A DNA stretch of 64,000 bases from Camelus ferus (taxonomy: Eukaryota): contig NC_045707.1 in assembly GCF_009834535.1 (NCBI RefSeq), positions 54,314,001 to 54,378,000 of the forward strand, in the 5' to 3' direction. The translations under genes and the position numbers were made by a program. Below are positions 14,708 to 28,960 of this stretch, one piece after another (positions within the stretch are counted from its first letter, which is position 1; every line of letters begins with the position of its first letter). The notes beneath the pieces were generated by a model. It was not told the origin of the DNA. It did no database searches and saw only the letters and a program-made list of their open reading frames with translations.

Positions 14708-15560
14708 TATTAATTCAACAAATACTTACTGAGTGCCTTGTATAGATGAATCTAATACTGTTGCTAGGTTCTGGGGATGGGAGGAAACAGAAATATGACT
14801 AAAACTTGATCCCTGACCTTAAGAAGATTTACAGTCAGGGGAGGAACTAGATAAAAACATATAGTTATAGGACATTATTAAGGAGATACGACAAAAGCCT
14901 CTGGGAAGCTTAGTGGTATCAGGAATGACTTACAGATGAAATGACATTTATCTGAGTCAGGAAGGATAAGCAGAAGTCTGAAACTAGAAAGGTGAGGAAA
15001 AGCAATAAAGATAAAGAAAATAGCATGAAAATATGAAGGGCAGGGCATTTTTTGGAAAGAACAAGCAGTCCATTATAGTAGTTCAATATGAAGTAGTTCA
15101 ATATGGTTAGAGAATATTTGGGGGGTAGGGGAGAGAAATGATACAAGGTGGTGCTGGAGAGGTAGGCTGGGAACAGTATGTAAAGGGCATTGTATGCTTA
15201 AGACTTTGGAATGTGTACTAGAGGAAACAGAAAGACACTGTTAAGATTTTAAACAGGGGTGTGTTGTATGCAGAATGACAGTTTAGAAAGACACTGCTGC
15301 ACAAGTATCGAAGACAGCATTTACAAGATGGAGAATGTGAATTCTCAATCCTGGAAAGGAGTGTGAATCCTGGAAAGGAGACTATTGGAACATTTCAGGG
15401 CAAGAGACACTGCAGGCAATGGCTGATGTGATGGCAGTGGTTATATCTGGCAAATGAAAGAGAGAACAGAATTAAGAATGATTCTGATTTTTTCTAGGTG
15501 AAGTGAGTGAATGGCTACTGATATATTAACAGAGACAGTAAGAAGAGTCAGTAGGTGGAG
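14708..15560 (-). mobile_element. L2 LINE fragment
   Basis: Reverse L2 tail (attcaacaaatacttactgagtgcc) followed by purine-rich L2-like sequence. Confidence 0.7.
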
Positions 15561-16879
15561 TGGAATGTAATGTATATATTTTATATATAACAACATATAA
15601 TAATATATAAACACAATATGTATTAATATATTGCATATATAATGTTTATAATACGTTTCCTATTACACATGTTGGGTTTTAAGTACCCAGAAAAAAATCA
15701 AAGGGGGAAGGTTGGATATAAAGATTTAGTTGTCATTGCCTGTAAACATAAGTTACATGAGAGAATTAAGTGTTGTATCTTGATCTTTTCGTCACGCCAT
15801 GGGAATAGGTCTGATCTGTACTTCCATGATGTTTTCTTTAGCCTGTTTACATAAGTCTCCTCAACTGGACTCAAGGGTAGTTTTTTTTTAAAGACAGAGA
15901 CTATGTCTTATTCATCTTTGTATCCCTTGACCAAATGTCACGGCTGACAAAGTAAACATCTGCTGTATGAGTAAATAAATATGTGAATTGAATATAAAAT
16001 GAGGCCAGAGATAAAGTTCTATAGGACATGGTTATTTTAGGAACAGGAATAGGCAGAGAAGACAGGAAGGAGTGGTCAGATAACCAGGAGAACCAGGAGA
16101 GAGTGGGAATGAGGATGTAGTGGGAGAGATATTCTAGGGAGAGGAATTCCTGAAGAAATGGCAAGTAGCTGAGGGCAGAAAAGAGGTTCCTGACGTAGCA
16201 GTTAACAGGTTAACACTGATCACTGTAATGAATGTAGTTTGAATAGAATGATGAGAATGTGACCAGATTGTACACTCTGCATCACTTTATGAAAGGACTG
16301 TACATGAGATTATAAATTTCAGTGTATTAGTTTGTCCCTCACTGGGCTGAGCTTCTGAAGCAGGAGCTGATTTTTACTTGTGCTTCCAGTCTCAAGTACA
16401 GCGAATGAAAGTTGAAGCTCAAAACTGATTTCGTGCAGAATGCACAGAAGGTGAGAAATAGATACTAATTAGACTGCCTAAGAAGGTGGATAAGGGAAAA
16501 AGAGGGATGGGGTGGTGGCTTGAACAGGAGGTAGCATCACATTTTCAGCTTATTCGTGCGCTGATAGAAGTGGCTATAGGAGAGACAGAAACTTAAGAAA
16601 CAAGGCTGGCGATAAATGTGAGAATATCATGGGATCAGGGAGAAAAACATCCAAAGCCTGGATGACAAGTTTAGCTTTGGAAAGGAAGTGGGATAGCATT
16701 TAAAGAAAGAAAGAAAGTTATAGTGGAGTTTGGAACATTAATGGAAGTGAAAACAGTGACGGCTGCCGCACACTGGGCACTGTGCTGAGCAACGCTCTCA
16801 CTCCTCCCAGCCACTCTGCGGCGCAGGTATTATGCTCCTCACTCAGTAGGTGAGAAGCACTTAAACTTCCTCACAACTT

Positions 16880-17612
16880 GTGACTGTTTCTCTGCTTTCC
16901 CCCTACGTCTCCATGTCTACGTCACCCTGGTCCACGCTACCATCTCCATGCTGGAGTGCTGCAGTGACCTTCTAACCGGTCTTACCATGTTCACTCCTGT
17001 TTCCTTTCTGTCTGTTCTCCACACCACAGGTTCCATCATCATTACTTGAGGAACAAATCTGACACTTCATCTTTGGCTTGCAGTGACCATTGTTCTTGGA
17101 ATAGAGAAAGCCAAATCCTCAAGGTGGATAACAAGCACAGACTAAAGTTAAAATTGCTCTGTCCCTTGCCAGCTTCTCCAGCTTCATCACTTTTCGTTGT
17201 CTGGCCAAACAGCCTTCTTTCAGTTCCTTGAATGGCCCAGGCTACCCCTGTCTTCAGAGTCTTCCGTTAGGCCCACACTTTGGCCTGGAATACTCAGTTA
17301 TCTACAACTTCTCCCTTTGCCTAGTTAGCCCCAGGCAATCTTCATATTAAGCCCAAGTGGCCCTTCTTCCCTCATCCCTCTGGGCCAAATCATAATGAGC
17401 TCCCTTTACTTTTCCTCGATAGAGTTTTATTCAGTTGTGTCATTATACCCTTATATGAGTAGCAATAAATGTCAAGCACCCCCTGCCCCCGCTCCTGTCA
17501 GAGAGTGAATACCACCATTCATGGTATGTTTATTTCATTCACCACTGTATCCTCATCTCCTTGCACAATGCCAAGTTCATGGTAGATATTCAATAAAGAT
17601 GTGTTGGTAGAT
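16880..17612 (+). mobile_element. L2 LINE 3' fragment
   Basis: Pyrimidine-rich body ending ttcaccactgtatcc...gcacaatgcc...attcaataaagatgtgttg. Confidence 0.7.
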
Positions 17613-17989
17613 TAAACAGGGAAGGTAAGGAATTAAGTCTGAGTTCCCACATTCTAAAGGCTAGCCCATTCCAGAATCTTCTAAAGATTTTTATTCAAAT
17701 TATCCAGTGACTTTATGTGGTATGTATTATTTGCTCCAGTTAATTAATGAGAAAATTAAGTACAGAAAGATTAAGAGCCTTCACCAACATTACTTAGGTT
17801 TGGGCTGGGATTCAAACTCAGTCCTGCCTAATTCAAAGCTAGTGCATGTGTTTCTGCTGGGGTGGAGCAGCAAAAATAGAAAGGAACAGAGGAAAGTAAG
17901 AGTCATTAAAATTAAAAAAAAAAAATCCTAGGCAAGTGATTTGATGCACAGCTTAAAAAAAACAAACAAAAGAAAAACTAAGTACAAAT

Positions 17990-20840
17990 GTCATTGTTGC
18001 CATATCTATAAATATTATAAATTCACCAGAAATTATAATCATTGATAGACTTCCTGGACTCAGTCAATGCTCATTCAGATTTACCTACATACTCACTCTT
18101 CTTTGCGCTTCACTACTTTCTGTATCTCTAAGATTTCATCTAAAATCCCTTACCTTTTGCCCGAAGAACACCTTTTAGTATTTTAGACTTGGTCTACTGG
18201 TGAAGAATTCTGCTTTGCTCATTTAAAAATGTCATTGTTTAACCTTAATATGCTTTTATCAACTTTTTAATAAAAAACAGGCCCTTCAATGGGTGATTTA
18301 AAAAGTATCTCACTTAATCAATTTTTAAAAAATCAAATTTCATCCAGGTTATATACGTACATGGTTTTAAGGATGGAAAATTATAACTCCCAGCTCTACC
18401 CCTTCCCATTCCCAATTTACACTCCAAAGGCAGCCACTTCCCACCATGTTAGTCTTTTCTTCTACTGTTGGTCTGTGTGTATCTTGATGTTTTCATTTTT
18501 GAATTTTTTTAATATTACCTATTAACCTTACAAAATAAAAGATAAAGATTTATCTTTCACAACACCTCTGCCATAAATACATATACCTTCTCTTTCCATT
18601 TCTTAGACAAGTCATAATTTGTGGTTAGATCACAATTCAGTGTTTACCTATTTATGACTATGTAAATATAATCTACAGCTGAGCCGTATAGGTACTATAA
18701 GGGAAGGAGGTATTGCTTGTTCTATGGTTTTCCTCTAGTTGCAGGGAGATGTGAGGATTTAATCCTCAAGTCAAGAAACTGTTAGAATTTAATCTCTACT
18801 GAGTCCGAGATCAGTGAGAATTCAGCTCTACCAGCCCAAGCCCTTTCACCTCATTGCTGAAATTGATTACTTAGCTGTAAGTAACCAGCATGGATAAAAT
18901 GCAACTGAACCAGAGAACAGAAACTAGTTATATACCCCTAAGTGGACTGGGTTACTAGCCAGTCAAATACCTGAGAAAATCACATGACTAACTAATTATA
19001 AAAGTTGCTGGGGATCCCCAGAGCTGATGGCTTCCTTTAACTGAAATTATCCACACACTTACAGGGTGAGGGGCCAAGATGGCGGAGCAGAAGGACGCTC
19101 GTAGCTCACCCTCTCCCAAAAATACACCAAAACTCACATCCACAGACCCACCCAGGCAACCAGAGCACCTGCTGAACTTCAACAGAACATCGCCCTCTAT
19201 CCACACACTCACAGCCTCGACTCCCGTGTGTACACGTTTCCTAAGTGCAGAATGACTAGGACACCCGGCGCTGTGCCTTGGTGCCGCACGGTTCTCACGA
19301 TTCTAAGCATGCTTTGTTGTCTCCTCGCCTTTGTCCCTCCTTAAAGCTAAGCAAATTTAGTGTCAGGTGAAGCCTATTGTTTCATGAATCTAAGAGTTGA
19401 TTTGAATTCAAAACACACAGCTGCTACTAGAAAAAATTGTACAGCAGTTACACATAACATTTCTTGGGTAACTTTTTTCCTCACATTTAGTCGTCTAAGT
19501 TTTTATATTTAGTGAGTTTTCTATGTACTATCATTAGTGTCTAAATTGTCTATTAGAAGGGTAACATTCTACACATTTATCACCCCAAAACTCTCTTCCT
19601 AAGGAGTGTATCTCCTATCAAATACATTCAAGCACATCAGACAATCCCCGGAGAGACTGCTCATGATGCTTTCTGTGATCATGGAGTATTTAATCTCTAC
19701 ACCTGTGTGAGCTGTTGTCCTGCGCTCTCTTCTTCACCATCATTGTAAAGATCCCTTTGCCTGTTTCTTCTGCTAGATCTCACATGTTCTTTTTCATGGT
19801 TTACCTCTTCATTTTTGTGGAGTGGTTCCTCCAGTAGCTTCCTGAACAAGGTTTCAAGGGAGATAAATCAGGACTTGATATGGTTTTATATTTTTAAATG
19901 TTATTAATAGTTTGCCTGTTTACAGAATTCTTGGTTGAAAATAACTCTCCTCAAGAATATTGAATATACTGTTCCATCATCTTCTAGGTTCTAAGCTTAA
20001 TGTTGAGAAGTCCAGTGACTTTTAGGTAATGGAACCATTACGTGTGATCCGGTTTTCTTTCTGGAGGACTTTCACACTCTTTCCTTTGTCCCTGGTTTTA
20101 TGACATTTTCTAAGATGTGCCAGAAAGATGGCTTTGTTTTCATTCATTTTCCTAACATGTGCCCTCTTGATCTGGAAACTAGAAATTCCTCTAGTTTGGG
20201 GAATTTGGGGGAATTATTCCTCTCATATTTCCTTCTATCTCTTTGTGGCTGTTTTCTTTCTTTCTGGATCTCCTATTAGTTACCAAGGTTGGACCTCCTG
20301 GACTAAGCCTCTCCTCTCCGTGTTCTCTCTCATGTTTCTTATCACTTTGTATTTTTGCTCTAGTTTCTGGGAAATTTCTTTAACACTTATCTTCTAACTT
20401 TATCTTCTGCCAAGTTTTCATTTCTGATATCATGTTTTTATTTTCAAAGAGATATGTTTAGTTCTCTGACCTCTTTCTTATTACAGCATCTCATTCTTAT
20501 TTCACGGATGCAATCTTTTCTTATGTCTATAAGAATATTTGCGGTATTTTTGAAGATTTTTTTCTCCTGAAGTTGACTGTGTTACCTTTTTCCTTTCTTT
20601 CATCTTATAGGTTTCCTTCAGATGTTTAAGAATCCTCATCTGTGTGCTTACATTTAGAGTGGGGGTTCTATAAAACTGACAGAAAACTGCACAAGTGAGG
20701 GATGCCTATCATCTGAGAGTCTCACCTTAGGGTGACCGACCTGAGTCCTACATTGGAAATACTTGATGTCAGTATGTAGATGTTTCTTCTTGGACTGATA
20801 AGAATCTCCAGAAAATAACCTTTCTTAGAGGTTAAAGCAT
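17990..20840 (-). mobile_element. Old L1 (L1MC/L1ME-like), interrupted by an insertion at about 18699-19452
   Basis: T-rich antisense L1 ORF1/inter-ORF sequence (e.g. tgttccatcatcttctagg...tgttgagaagtcc). Confidence 0.65.
19065..19197 (+). mobile_element. Isolated L1 5'-end fragment (133 bp) with 17-bp TSD and no poly(A)
   Basis: Begins ggtgaggggccaagatggcggag (L1 YY1 motif). Flanked by tatccacacacttacag (19048-19064) and tatccacacactcacag (19198-19214). Confidence 0.8.
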
Positions 20841-20842
20841 GG

Positions 20843-21249
20843 TGCTATGTAGTAAATGTCTGTGTCTTCCTAAAATTCCTATGTTGAAATCTTAACTCTC
20901 AACGTGATGGTATTTGCAGAGGGGGTCTTTTGGAGGTAATTAGGGTTAGGTGAGGTCATGAGAGTGGGGCCCTCGTGCTGGGATTAGTGGCCCCGTCAGA
21001 AGAAGAAATGTCTCTCTCTCCCTCCACATGTATACACTAAGGAAAGGCCATGTGTGTACATAACAAGAAATAAGCCAGAAAGAGAGCTGTCACCAGGAAC
21101 TGAATCAGACAGCATTTTGATTTTAGGCCTCCCAGTCTCCAGAACTGTGAGACATAAATTTATATAAAATTACATAAATATAAATTTCTGATTTTTAAGT
21201 TACTCAGTCTATGGTATTTTGTTATGGCCACTCGAGCAGACTTAGAAAC
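20843..21249 (+). mobile_element. MaLR LTR (MLT1A-like)
   Basis: tgctatg...atgttgaaatcttaactctcaacgtgatggtattt...ccagtctccagaactgtgaga...ctatggtattttgttatggc. Confidence 0.85.
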
Positions 21250-22261
21250 TTGATTATCAGCATTCTGGAAGCTGAGCAGGGGAGGGGCTTGGGGCGTTGG
21301 CATTTAATGTAATACCTACACTTGTCTTCTTAGTTTTAGCAAGGTGCCAAGGTCGTTCCTGAGTCCAGAGGCTCTGTTTCATCCTATCTAGAGAATTAAG
21401 TTCAAGAATTTTGCAAGGTATCCCAGACCTATTTATCTTATTACCCTTTTCACCCCCCACCTCCAGAAGGCCTAATACCATCAATTCCTGAAACTTTGGG
21501 TTTGAGAGAGTTCTCATATCTCATTGGTGGTTTTAAGCTTTTATTTTCTAGTCTAAAAAAATTATACTGATGTTGCCTCTTCCTTATATTCCTAATGTTA
21601 GTTAGTATGTGTCTTAAAAATATCTCTGGTGAAGTTTTCGTGAGGGTTTTCAGATCCACCATCTTTACATGGAAGACCTTAGATTATCATTTACTTTTCA
21701 AAATATTACGAGAAGTAAAGATTGGTGTTCCCAGTTACAGATGAGAAAACAAAGACACTCACTGCTAGTGAGTATTCATGCAACATTCAAACTTGTCTTC
21801 TCAGTCCAGATCCATTGTTAGTTCTTTATCTCACGTAGCCTTCTTTAGATAGAAGACTAATGTCCTTGACAACAACCTGCAATTGTAATAATTCTCTGAC
21901 ACCTTGAGAAGATTACCAGCTATCCCAGAAATACAGGAAGTGTCCTAGGTAGCAAGTAGACAGGCTGCTGACAGGTGGGCAGAGAGGTTTCTTTCAGGGG
22001 AAAGGGACAACGCAGATTAAAAAAGGGTGCCGTGGGCTTCTTCGCGAGCCACTCCCTTTTCCCACTTTCTCTGTGAAGCTTTGGACTCGGGAATCCTGGT
22101 GTGCTCCTCCCTCCCTCTTCCTCGTGGCTGCACAGAGAAGCAGCAGGTGGGGTGACATGAGTGCCTTGCTTTCATTTTTTGAAGAAGAGAAGTTTTCCTG
22201 GGTGTGGACCTTCACGGTGGAACTTACTTTCCCTTAGCACTTTGGAGGTATCATTACACTG

Positions 22262-22653
22262 TGTATTAGTCAGCTTGGGCTGCCATAACAAGATACCACA
22301 GACTGAATGCTTAAACAACAGAAACATATTTTCTCACAGCTCTGGCGGCTGGAAGTCTAAGACGAAGGTGCTAGCAAGTGCAGTCTCTCACAGGCCTCTC
22401 TCCGTGGCTTGCAGATGGCCACCTTACTGCTGTGTCCTCACAAGACCTTTCCTCTGGGAGTATAAGTATATATTCACTCCTGGTGTCTCTTCCTCTTCTA
22501 ATAAGGATACCGGTCCTATTGGATTAGAGCCCCCAGGCTCATCTGACCTCATTTAATCTTAATTAATTCCTTAAGAGGCCCTTCTCCAAATACTATCAGA
22601 TTGAGGTTTAGGGCTTCAATCTATGACATTGGGGAGCAGCGTGATATATAACA
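22262..22653 (-). mobile_element. MaLR LTR (MLT1-like)
   Basis: tgtattagtcagcttgggctgccataacaagataccacagactg...ttctcacagctctggcggctggaagtc. Confidence 0.85.
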
Positions 22654-22654
22654 A

Positions 22655-23710
22655 TTGTCTTCCAGATTTTATAATTTCCATTAAGCAGCCAGCTTCTTTA
22701 TTATTGCTCCTTTGAAGCAATTTCTCTGGCTCTGGCTCTTTGCAAAATTTTTCTGTCTTTATTTATTTATTGATTGATTTAATTATTATTTTTTTTAGTA
22801 CTTTTACCATGATGTGCTACAGTGTGGTTTCTCTTGTATACATTTTCTTCATAGTTCATGGAGTTTCTTGAATCCATAACTTGAGCTTTTTCCTCACTTT
22901 TGGTAATTTTCAACCATTAACTCTTTAGGTATTACTTGCACACTATTCTCTCTCCCCTTTTCTGCTTGGACTGTAATTACATGTGTTAGACATTTTTGCT
23001 GTATCTCACATGCCTCCTCTTTCCTGTATTTTCCATTCTTTTTTCTTTCATGCTTCAATGTGAATATTTCTTTCATAGCTGTTGTCCTGTCCAGTAATTA
23101 TCTCTTCAGTATTGATTAATCTGTAGTTAAATCCATACACTGAGTTGTTTACTTCAGTTGTTGTTCTTTTAAGCTATAGACTTTCCATTTTAATATTTTT
23201 ATAGGTTTAATGTACCTATTGAAGTTCTTGGGTTTTTTTTTTCTATGTCCTTAAAGTTATTATGTATATTTTTTAAAGTCTTTATTACCTGAAAGTCTGT
23301 GACAATTTTTATTGTCTATTGTTTCTCATGGTGTTCACTGATATCTCACCTCCTTCTATGCTTTTTTTTTTTTAAATTGTGTGCCAAAAACTATATAGGA
23401 AAAATGTAGAGATAATTTGAAGCTTGGGATGGTGGTGTCTATTTTGGGACATGCCTTATGTTTGTTTCAGGCAAGAGGTTAGTACACAGTCTATTTCCAG
23501 TTCACCTATACTGGTGACATCAAAAGCTTTGCTTAGCTTCTCAGCTCTTGGGATTTCCTTCTTGACTTATAATGCTTTACTTACTTATGAGTTGTTCAAA
23601 GACTTCAATTAGATTTTCTAAAATAAAATTTCTAGCTGTTGAAGTTGTTCTCTGCAAGAAGGTTGGTTTGAATTAAATAGTCTTCTATTATCAGAAGTGG
23701 AAGCCTCTTG
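22655..23710 (-). mobile_element. Old L1 ORF1 remnant
   Basis: Minus-strand translation '...LTHVITVQAEKGRENSVQVIPKELMVENYQK' resembles L1 ORF1p. Confidence 0.65.
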
Positions 23711-25279
23711 TATTCTTTAATGAAAAATAAACTAATGATATTTCACAGCCTATATATCATGGTTCATTTTAAAGAACTCTAAAAGTTCTAAAATCCCTTT
23801 CCATTTTTTATCCATACAGAAATCATATATGTATGAAACACATACAGTCTGTATGTCAATTATATATATATGTTTATATATGACATACATAAACACATAT
23901 ATAAATATATATGCATACATAAATATAAACTTTATATATATACATATATTTATAATTATGCCTAAATTTGAAGGGAAATTATAATCCCTGAATCCCACTT
24001 ATCAATAGATACACTTTTAAAAATTGCAATTTGTTTTATATTTCACTGGACTGAATTCCCCAATTCTGCCAAGAATTGAAATGATCCCCAACCTTATACT
24101 ATTAAATGACAGTACCTAAAATATACTTAGGAAGTTTCAATTATAAACATGTCTCTTTTTAAGAGCAGACCTCAGGTAGTCTTTGGTTACTTGCATATAC
24201 CTCGTGGCATTTATTTTATCAGCTCTTAATACCTAATTGTGTTGGTACAATTAGCAAGTACTCTATACATCTATGGAAACACAGGACTTACTATGAAACA
24301 ATATACATAATGTGACTCTGTGCTTTAAGCTGGTACTAAAAGGGAGAAAGCTGGAGAAGAAAATGCTTGTAATCATACAGTCAAAAACACCACAAAAGAA
24401 GATGGTTTGATTAAAAATGCTCTGAAGTAAAAACTATAGAAATTAAAGTCTTTTCATGACTCCAATACTCAAAAATTTAATACAAAAATATCTGAACATC
24501 TATGACATATGAGGACATATGGTATGTGTGAATCTTCAGTTTTAGAAGAAAAGAATTAGAAAGCATGTTAGTGATGACAGCACCAGACTGGGAATTATGA
24601 AACTCTGACTTTAAAGTCAAATGCCAGTGTCCCAGGGGTTGGAGGAGCTAAGATTAAACCTGCCTCTCTGTGAAGGCTGTTGGGCTAGATCCAATTTTCT
24701 TCCTGGCCTGTTTAGCTTCCTTCCCTAGCTAAAGCCAGAAGTCCAAATTTGGCATTGGCTTTAGGCATTGCAAATTTAAGTTTCAGCAAATTAGGGCAGG
24801 AAAGTTACTTAATTTCTATATAAATAAAAAGAAGAATCAATGAAACAAAAATATAGTGTTTACTTTTGGGCTGTGTGGAGAGGTTCTCATCTATCTGAAA
24901 ATTAAAATAGGTAATCGAAAATATGGTCACTCTCAGAGTCTAAAATATTTGGTACTTAATAACGTTAGGTGAGGATAATAAAGTTAGAATAGATAGCAGC
25001 TAATCATAGGTCACAAAACAGATATTTATCACCATGTTGACACTAAACTGCTTCTTAATTTATATCAGTGCAAGCTACAAGAAAGGAATAAAGAACAGAA
25101 TTGATTATTAGTTTCAGACTTCTGCCTAATGTAATAGTCTTTTTATTTTTTTGTTAGATATTTTGATTCTAAGTTTGTACACATTTCAAGGTACTCAAGA
25201 AACTTTGTTCTTCTATGTCTGATTTTTGTTTGATTTTTGCTAGTTCTATTTTGAAAAAGAAATTATTCTCATTTCCCTT

Positions 25280-25740
25280 TGGCCACTTACTCATGGTGTG
25301 AGCTTGGGCAAGTCACTTAAACCCTCAAACCGGTTTCCCTCTCTGTAAAACATTAACAGTTATAATACATTCTTCAGAGCTTCTGAGATGACTGAATCAG
25401 AGAATTTGAGTAAAACTCCTAGCACAGTTACCTCGCCAGAAATACAATAAATACTACCAATTGCAAACAAGAGAAAAAAATAAACCTACTTTAAAAATGA
25501 CTGTTGTCAAAGATGACAGGTTTTCAGCACTTACTATGTACTTACACTGTGCATTTTAAGCATTTCACAAGTAGAATCTCATATAATCCCCAACCACTAG
25601 GTACTGTTAGTATCCAGTTTTACAGGTGAAAAATAATGCTAAACAGGGAAGTTAAATAAGAGCCAACAGAAGTTGGAATCAAGATTCAAACTGTGTTAGA
25701 CTTTCTCTAGAATCCACACAACATCAATTAAGCTATGCTT
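25280..25740. mobile_element. Two MIR fragments in opposite orientations
   Basis: gtgtgagcttgggcaagtcacttaaaccctc..gtttccctctctgtaaaa (+); ccagttttacaggtgaaaa (-). Confidence 0.7.
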
Positions 25741-26855
25741 CTTATATCAGAGATAGCTATAGAAGAGTGATATCAGGGCTCCAAACTGAACATTTGAAAC
25801 AAACAAAAAAAGGGAAACTTGGTGGGAGATTTTCAAGGTAAGAAGAAAGTATTTCAAATCCTAAGGCGAGATCAGATATTGAAACCCAAGTAGAGACCAT
25901 GAATGATACAGAATAAACCAAGACAGGTAACTGCCACTAAAGAAATATAAATAAATAAATAAATAAAGTAAACCAATGTTGAATCTCTAAAGTCCTCAGA
26001 CTCTTAGTTGTATATTATAGGAAGAACTAACTGATAACTGACCCACGGCACATGTACGAGGTTATCCTGAGAATGGGTGTGGTCAAAGATTCCTCAGCCT
26101 TAGGTCTGAGTTAAGGGTCTAAATCTGGCAGCTAGACAAAAATTGCAAGCAATTCATCAATATAGCAAAATATAAGGATATTTTATAAAATGTGGTCTGT
26201 TAAAAGGGTCTAATTATTTACCTCATGCCATCTAATTTGATATTTCATGATAAATATTCCCTAAATTTAAGCATATTTTTAATCCCAGACCAATAGAGGA
26301 TATCTACCACCCTCTCTGACCTACTAGTGACATCAAGATAAAGGTAACAATAATAATAATCATAGCGTTTTAGTACAGTTTATAAGAGGAAAACATCACA
26401 TAGGCAATACTGCAAAGTGGAGAAGTATTTTTAAACTTAGTTTTCTTTTTACACAATCAGACAATGTTATTATAATGGCATTCTAGAAAAAACATTCAAA
26501 TAATACCGTCATCTAATTCCAATAAAACCAAGGAAATTTTAAGACAGTGCTGGCATGCTGTTGTGTTGAGATACTATTGCACATAGAATCATTCAGTCTA
26601 AACCTATAGCAAAATTTAATCCTAATCTCCCTCACTTTTTGGGGTAAGATACCCGATTATTAATTTTATTTGAAATTTAGGGGGAAGAAAGTCTTTCTAA
26701 TATTTTAAAATTAGATTGTGGTGATTTTAATTAGATTAAAATTAGATTAGATTTAGGTTGTATAACTCTAAATATTTTGAAATTCATCAAATCATACTCA
26801 GAAAGGATGCATTTTATACTATGTGAACGTATCTCAAAAGACCTTATTTTAAAAT

Positions 26856-26869
26856 GCGCCCTCTACTGG
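26856..26869 (-). promoter_or_regulatory. CTCF core motif match
   Basis: Reverse complement CCAGTAGAGGGCGC fits CCASYAGRKGGCRS exactly. Binding not shown. Confidence 0.6.
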
Positions 26870-28858
26870 GAAGCTGGGATTAGTCAGGCTAGTCAGGCTG
26901 CTGATTGGGAAGCTGACTGGTCCCTGGGGCCAGTCAAAAACTAAGAGTGTGAGTTTAGGAGGTAGGTCAGAGCAGCCATTAAGGATAACATGGGGTTTAA
27001 CCTGGCCAACATGATCAAATAATCTTTGACTCACTCTCTTCCCCTTAAAAAAGGGGCAGAAATAAACATATTAATTAGGGGGGAAAGTTCTGTTATGTGG
27101 AACTGTTTTTGCCAAGCCAATTCCTTGCAAAAAAAAAAAAAAAAAAAAGCCTTAAAATAACTATTAGTCACTAAAATATATGGTATATACATACAGATCA
27201 TTCAATGAAATTAATGACATGCCAAATGTACTCGAGGTTTAAAAAGAAAAAAGTAAGCTAAACACATTTCATATGGAGGAAAGAAAACAAAAATGCACAT
27301 TGTACCATGAAGCATATGGGGAAATGTTCCACATTGTCTAGGCCACTTACTATCTACCACTATCTAAACTCTTTCTGGTGTATTTTATATTAGCACACAA
27401 ATCAATAATTATACTGTCCACATATGATGGTAACATATCTTTGCCTTTCATAGGATAAGAGAAAATGCAACAGAACATGTTACGATAGGTTTATTCTTTC
27501 TGATTTCTGAAGTACATGCTCACTTAATGGGCAAAAATACCCCAATTATCTTTCTTCCTAAGCATATCCTTTCTACAGGAACAATGCTCCTACTTAACAG
27601 GTAATGTCTGTGGAGTTATTGATTTTAGTAGAATTTCCATTCTTCCTTTTAAAACCAGTGAAATAGTGAAGTTGACTATTACAAAGAAATTAACCCTGAT
27701 TAAAACTGAAACCTTATGTTATATTGAAAACACATTTTAATTCTCTTAAAATACTAACCCATAAATATTTCTGAAATAATATTGATTTTTTTTTTTTGCT
27801 TCCAATGGCCACCATTTTTAAAAATGTTTTACCATGGAACTTTTAAATATTAAAAAAATTAAATGGCAAAACAAACCTCCCTGTACCATCATTCATTGAT
27901 CGAACAATTTCAATAATTTGCCACAATTGCTCCCTCTATCTTTCTATGTATATTTTTATTACTATATACTTTAATGACAATTCTAGACCCCATGTCTTTC
28001 ACCCTTCCACACTTCATAGGTATCTCTGAAAAAGTATAACATTGGTAGCTATCAATTTTTTTTTCAGTTGAGACATTATTGAATGGAAATATAAATTAAA
28101 ATGTATCTATTTTCAAATATGCTATGATGATGCATAAGTTTTAAGATTTATTTACAATGTACAGAAGACAAAGTATAAAAAATTCTGAAGCATTTACTTC
28201 CATTTAAAATATTTGACTCCATTTTTCCTATTAGAAATTATAATTCAAATTATAGGCCAAACTAAGACTATTTTAATATTAAAGAGAAAGCAATAGCATA
28301 TTTGTTTTAAGTCATATTTGCTGCTCCTAATAAGTCCATAATTCTTCTGAATGTTGAGATAAGAATACAATCTGCCACTTAGATATTGCAAATCCTTTAC
28401 CCAAGAAGTGAGTTGAACAAGCTTCAAATACAGTAAAATACTTAAAATTCCAGAGTTTAATTCATGATGTTTAGTGCAACTTGTTTCTATTGTCAGAAAA
28501 TATATTAGAATATCACTTCAACATATACTCACTTTCATTGATGTAGGGTAATATTATCTAGTAGAGTAAAGTTTAAATAAAATTAGTAACACTGATGATA
28601 TAGCATAAGATTTCTACATAAAAATAGAAGGAATTTAAGTTTATTGATACAAATACTAAACTACTATGCTAATGAATCAATATACCAAATTAGCATTTTA
28701 GCTCCAAAAGCAGTATTTTTACTTTTCTTTAATTATATTTATACCTAAGTTTTCATATATATACTTTGGTACTATTGAGGCTTTAAAAATTAGTTTTTAA
28801 ATGCAATTTTCCATCTTTATCTTTTTCACCTTTCTATATATCTGTGATTAAATCATAC

Positions 28859-28960
28859 CTTCAAAGTAGCCATCTCTTTTGGGCTGTGCCTTCTTTGGTG
28901 ATTTTATAACAGAAACTTTATCTTCATTGTTTTTGAATAATGCTAGACGCACAGTAGGAT
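28859..28960 (-). CDS. LRRIQ1: LRRIQ1 coding exon, 102 nt, phase 1/1 (last exon found in window)
   Basis: Acceptor ttctgtctag|A, donor G|gtatga. Translates PTVRLALFKNNEDKVSVIKSPKKAQPKRDGYFE(G). No stop, so the gene continues; no further exon recognised to position 1. Confidence 0.92.
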
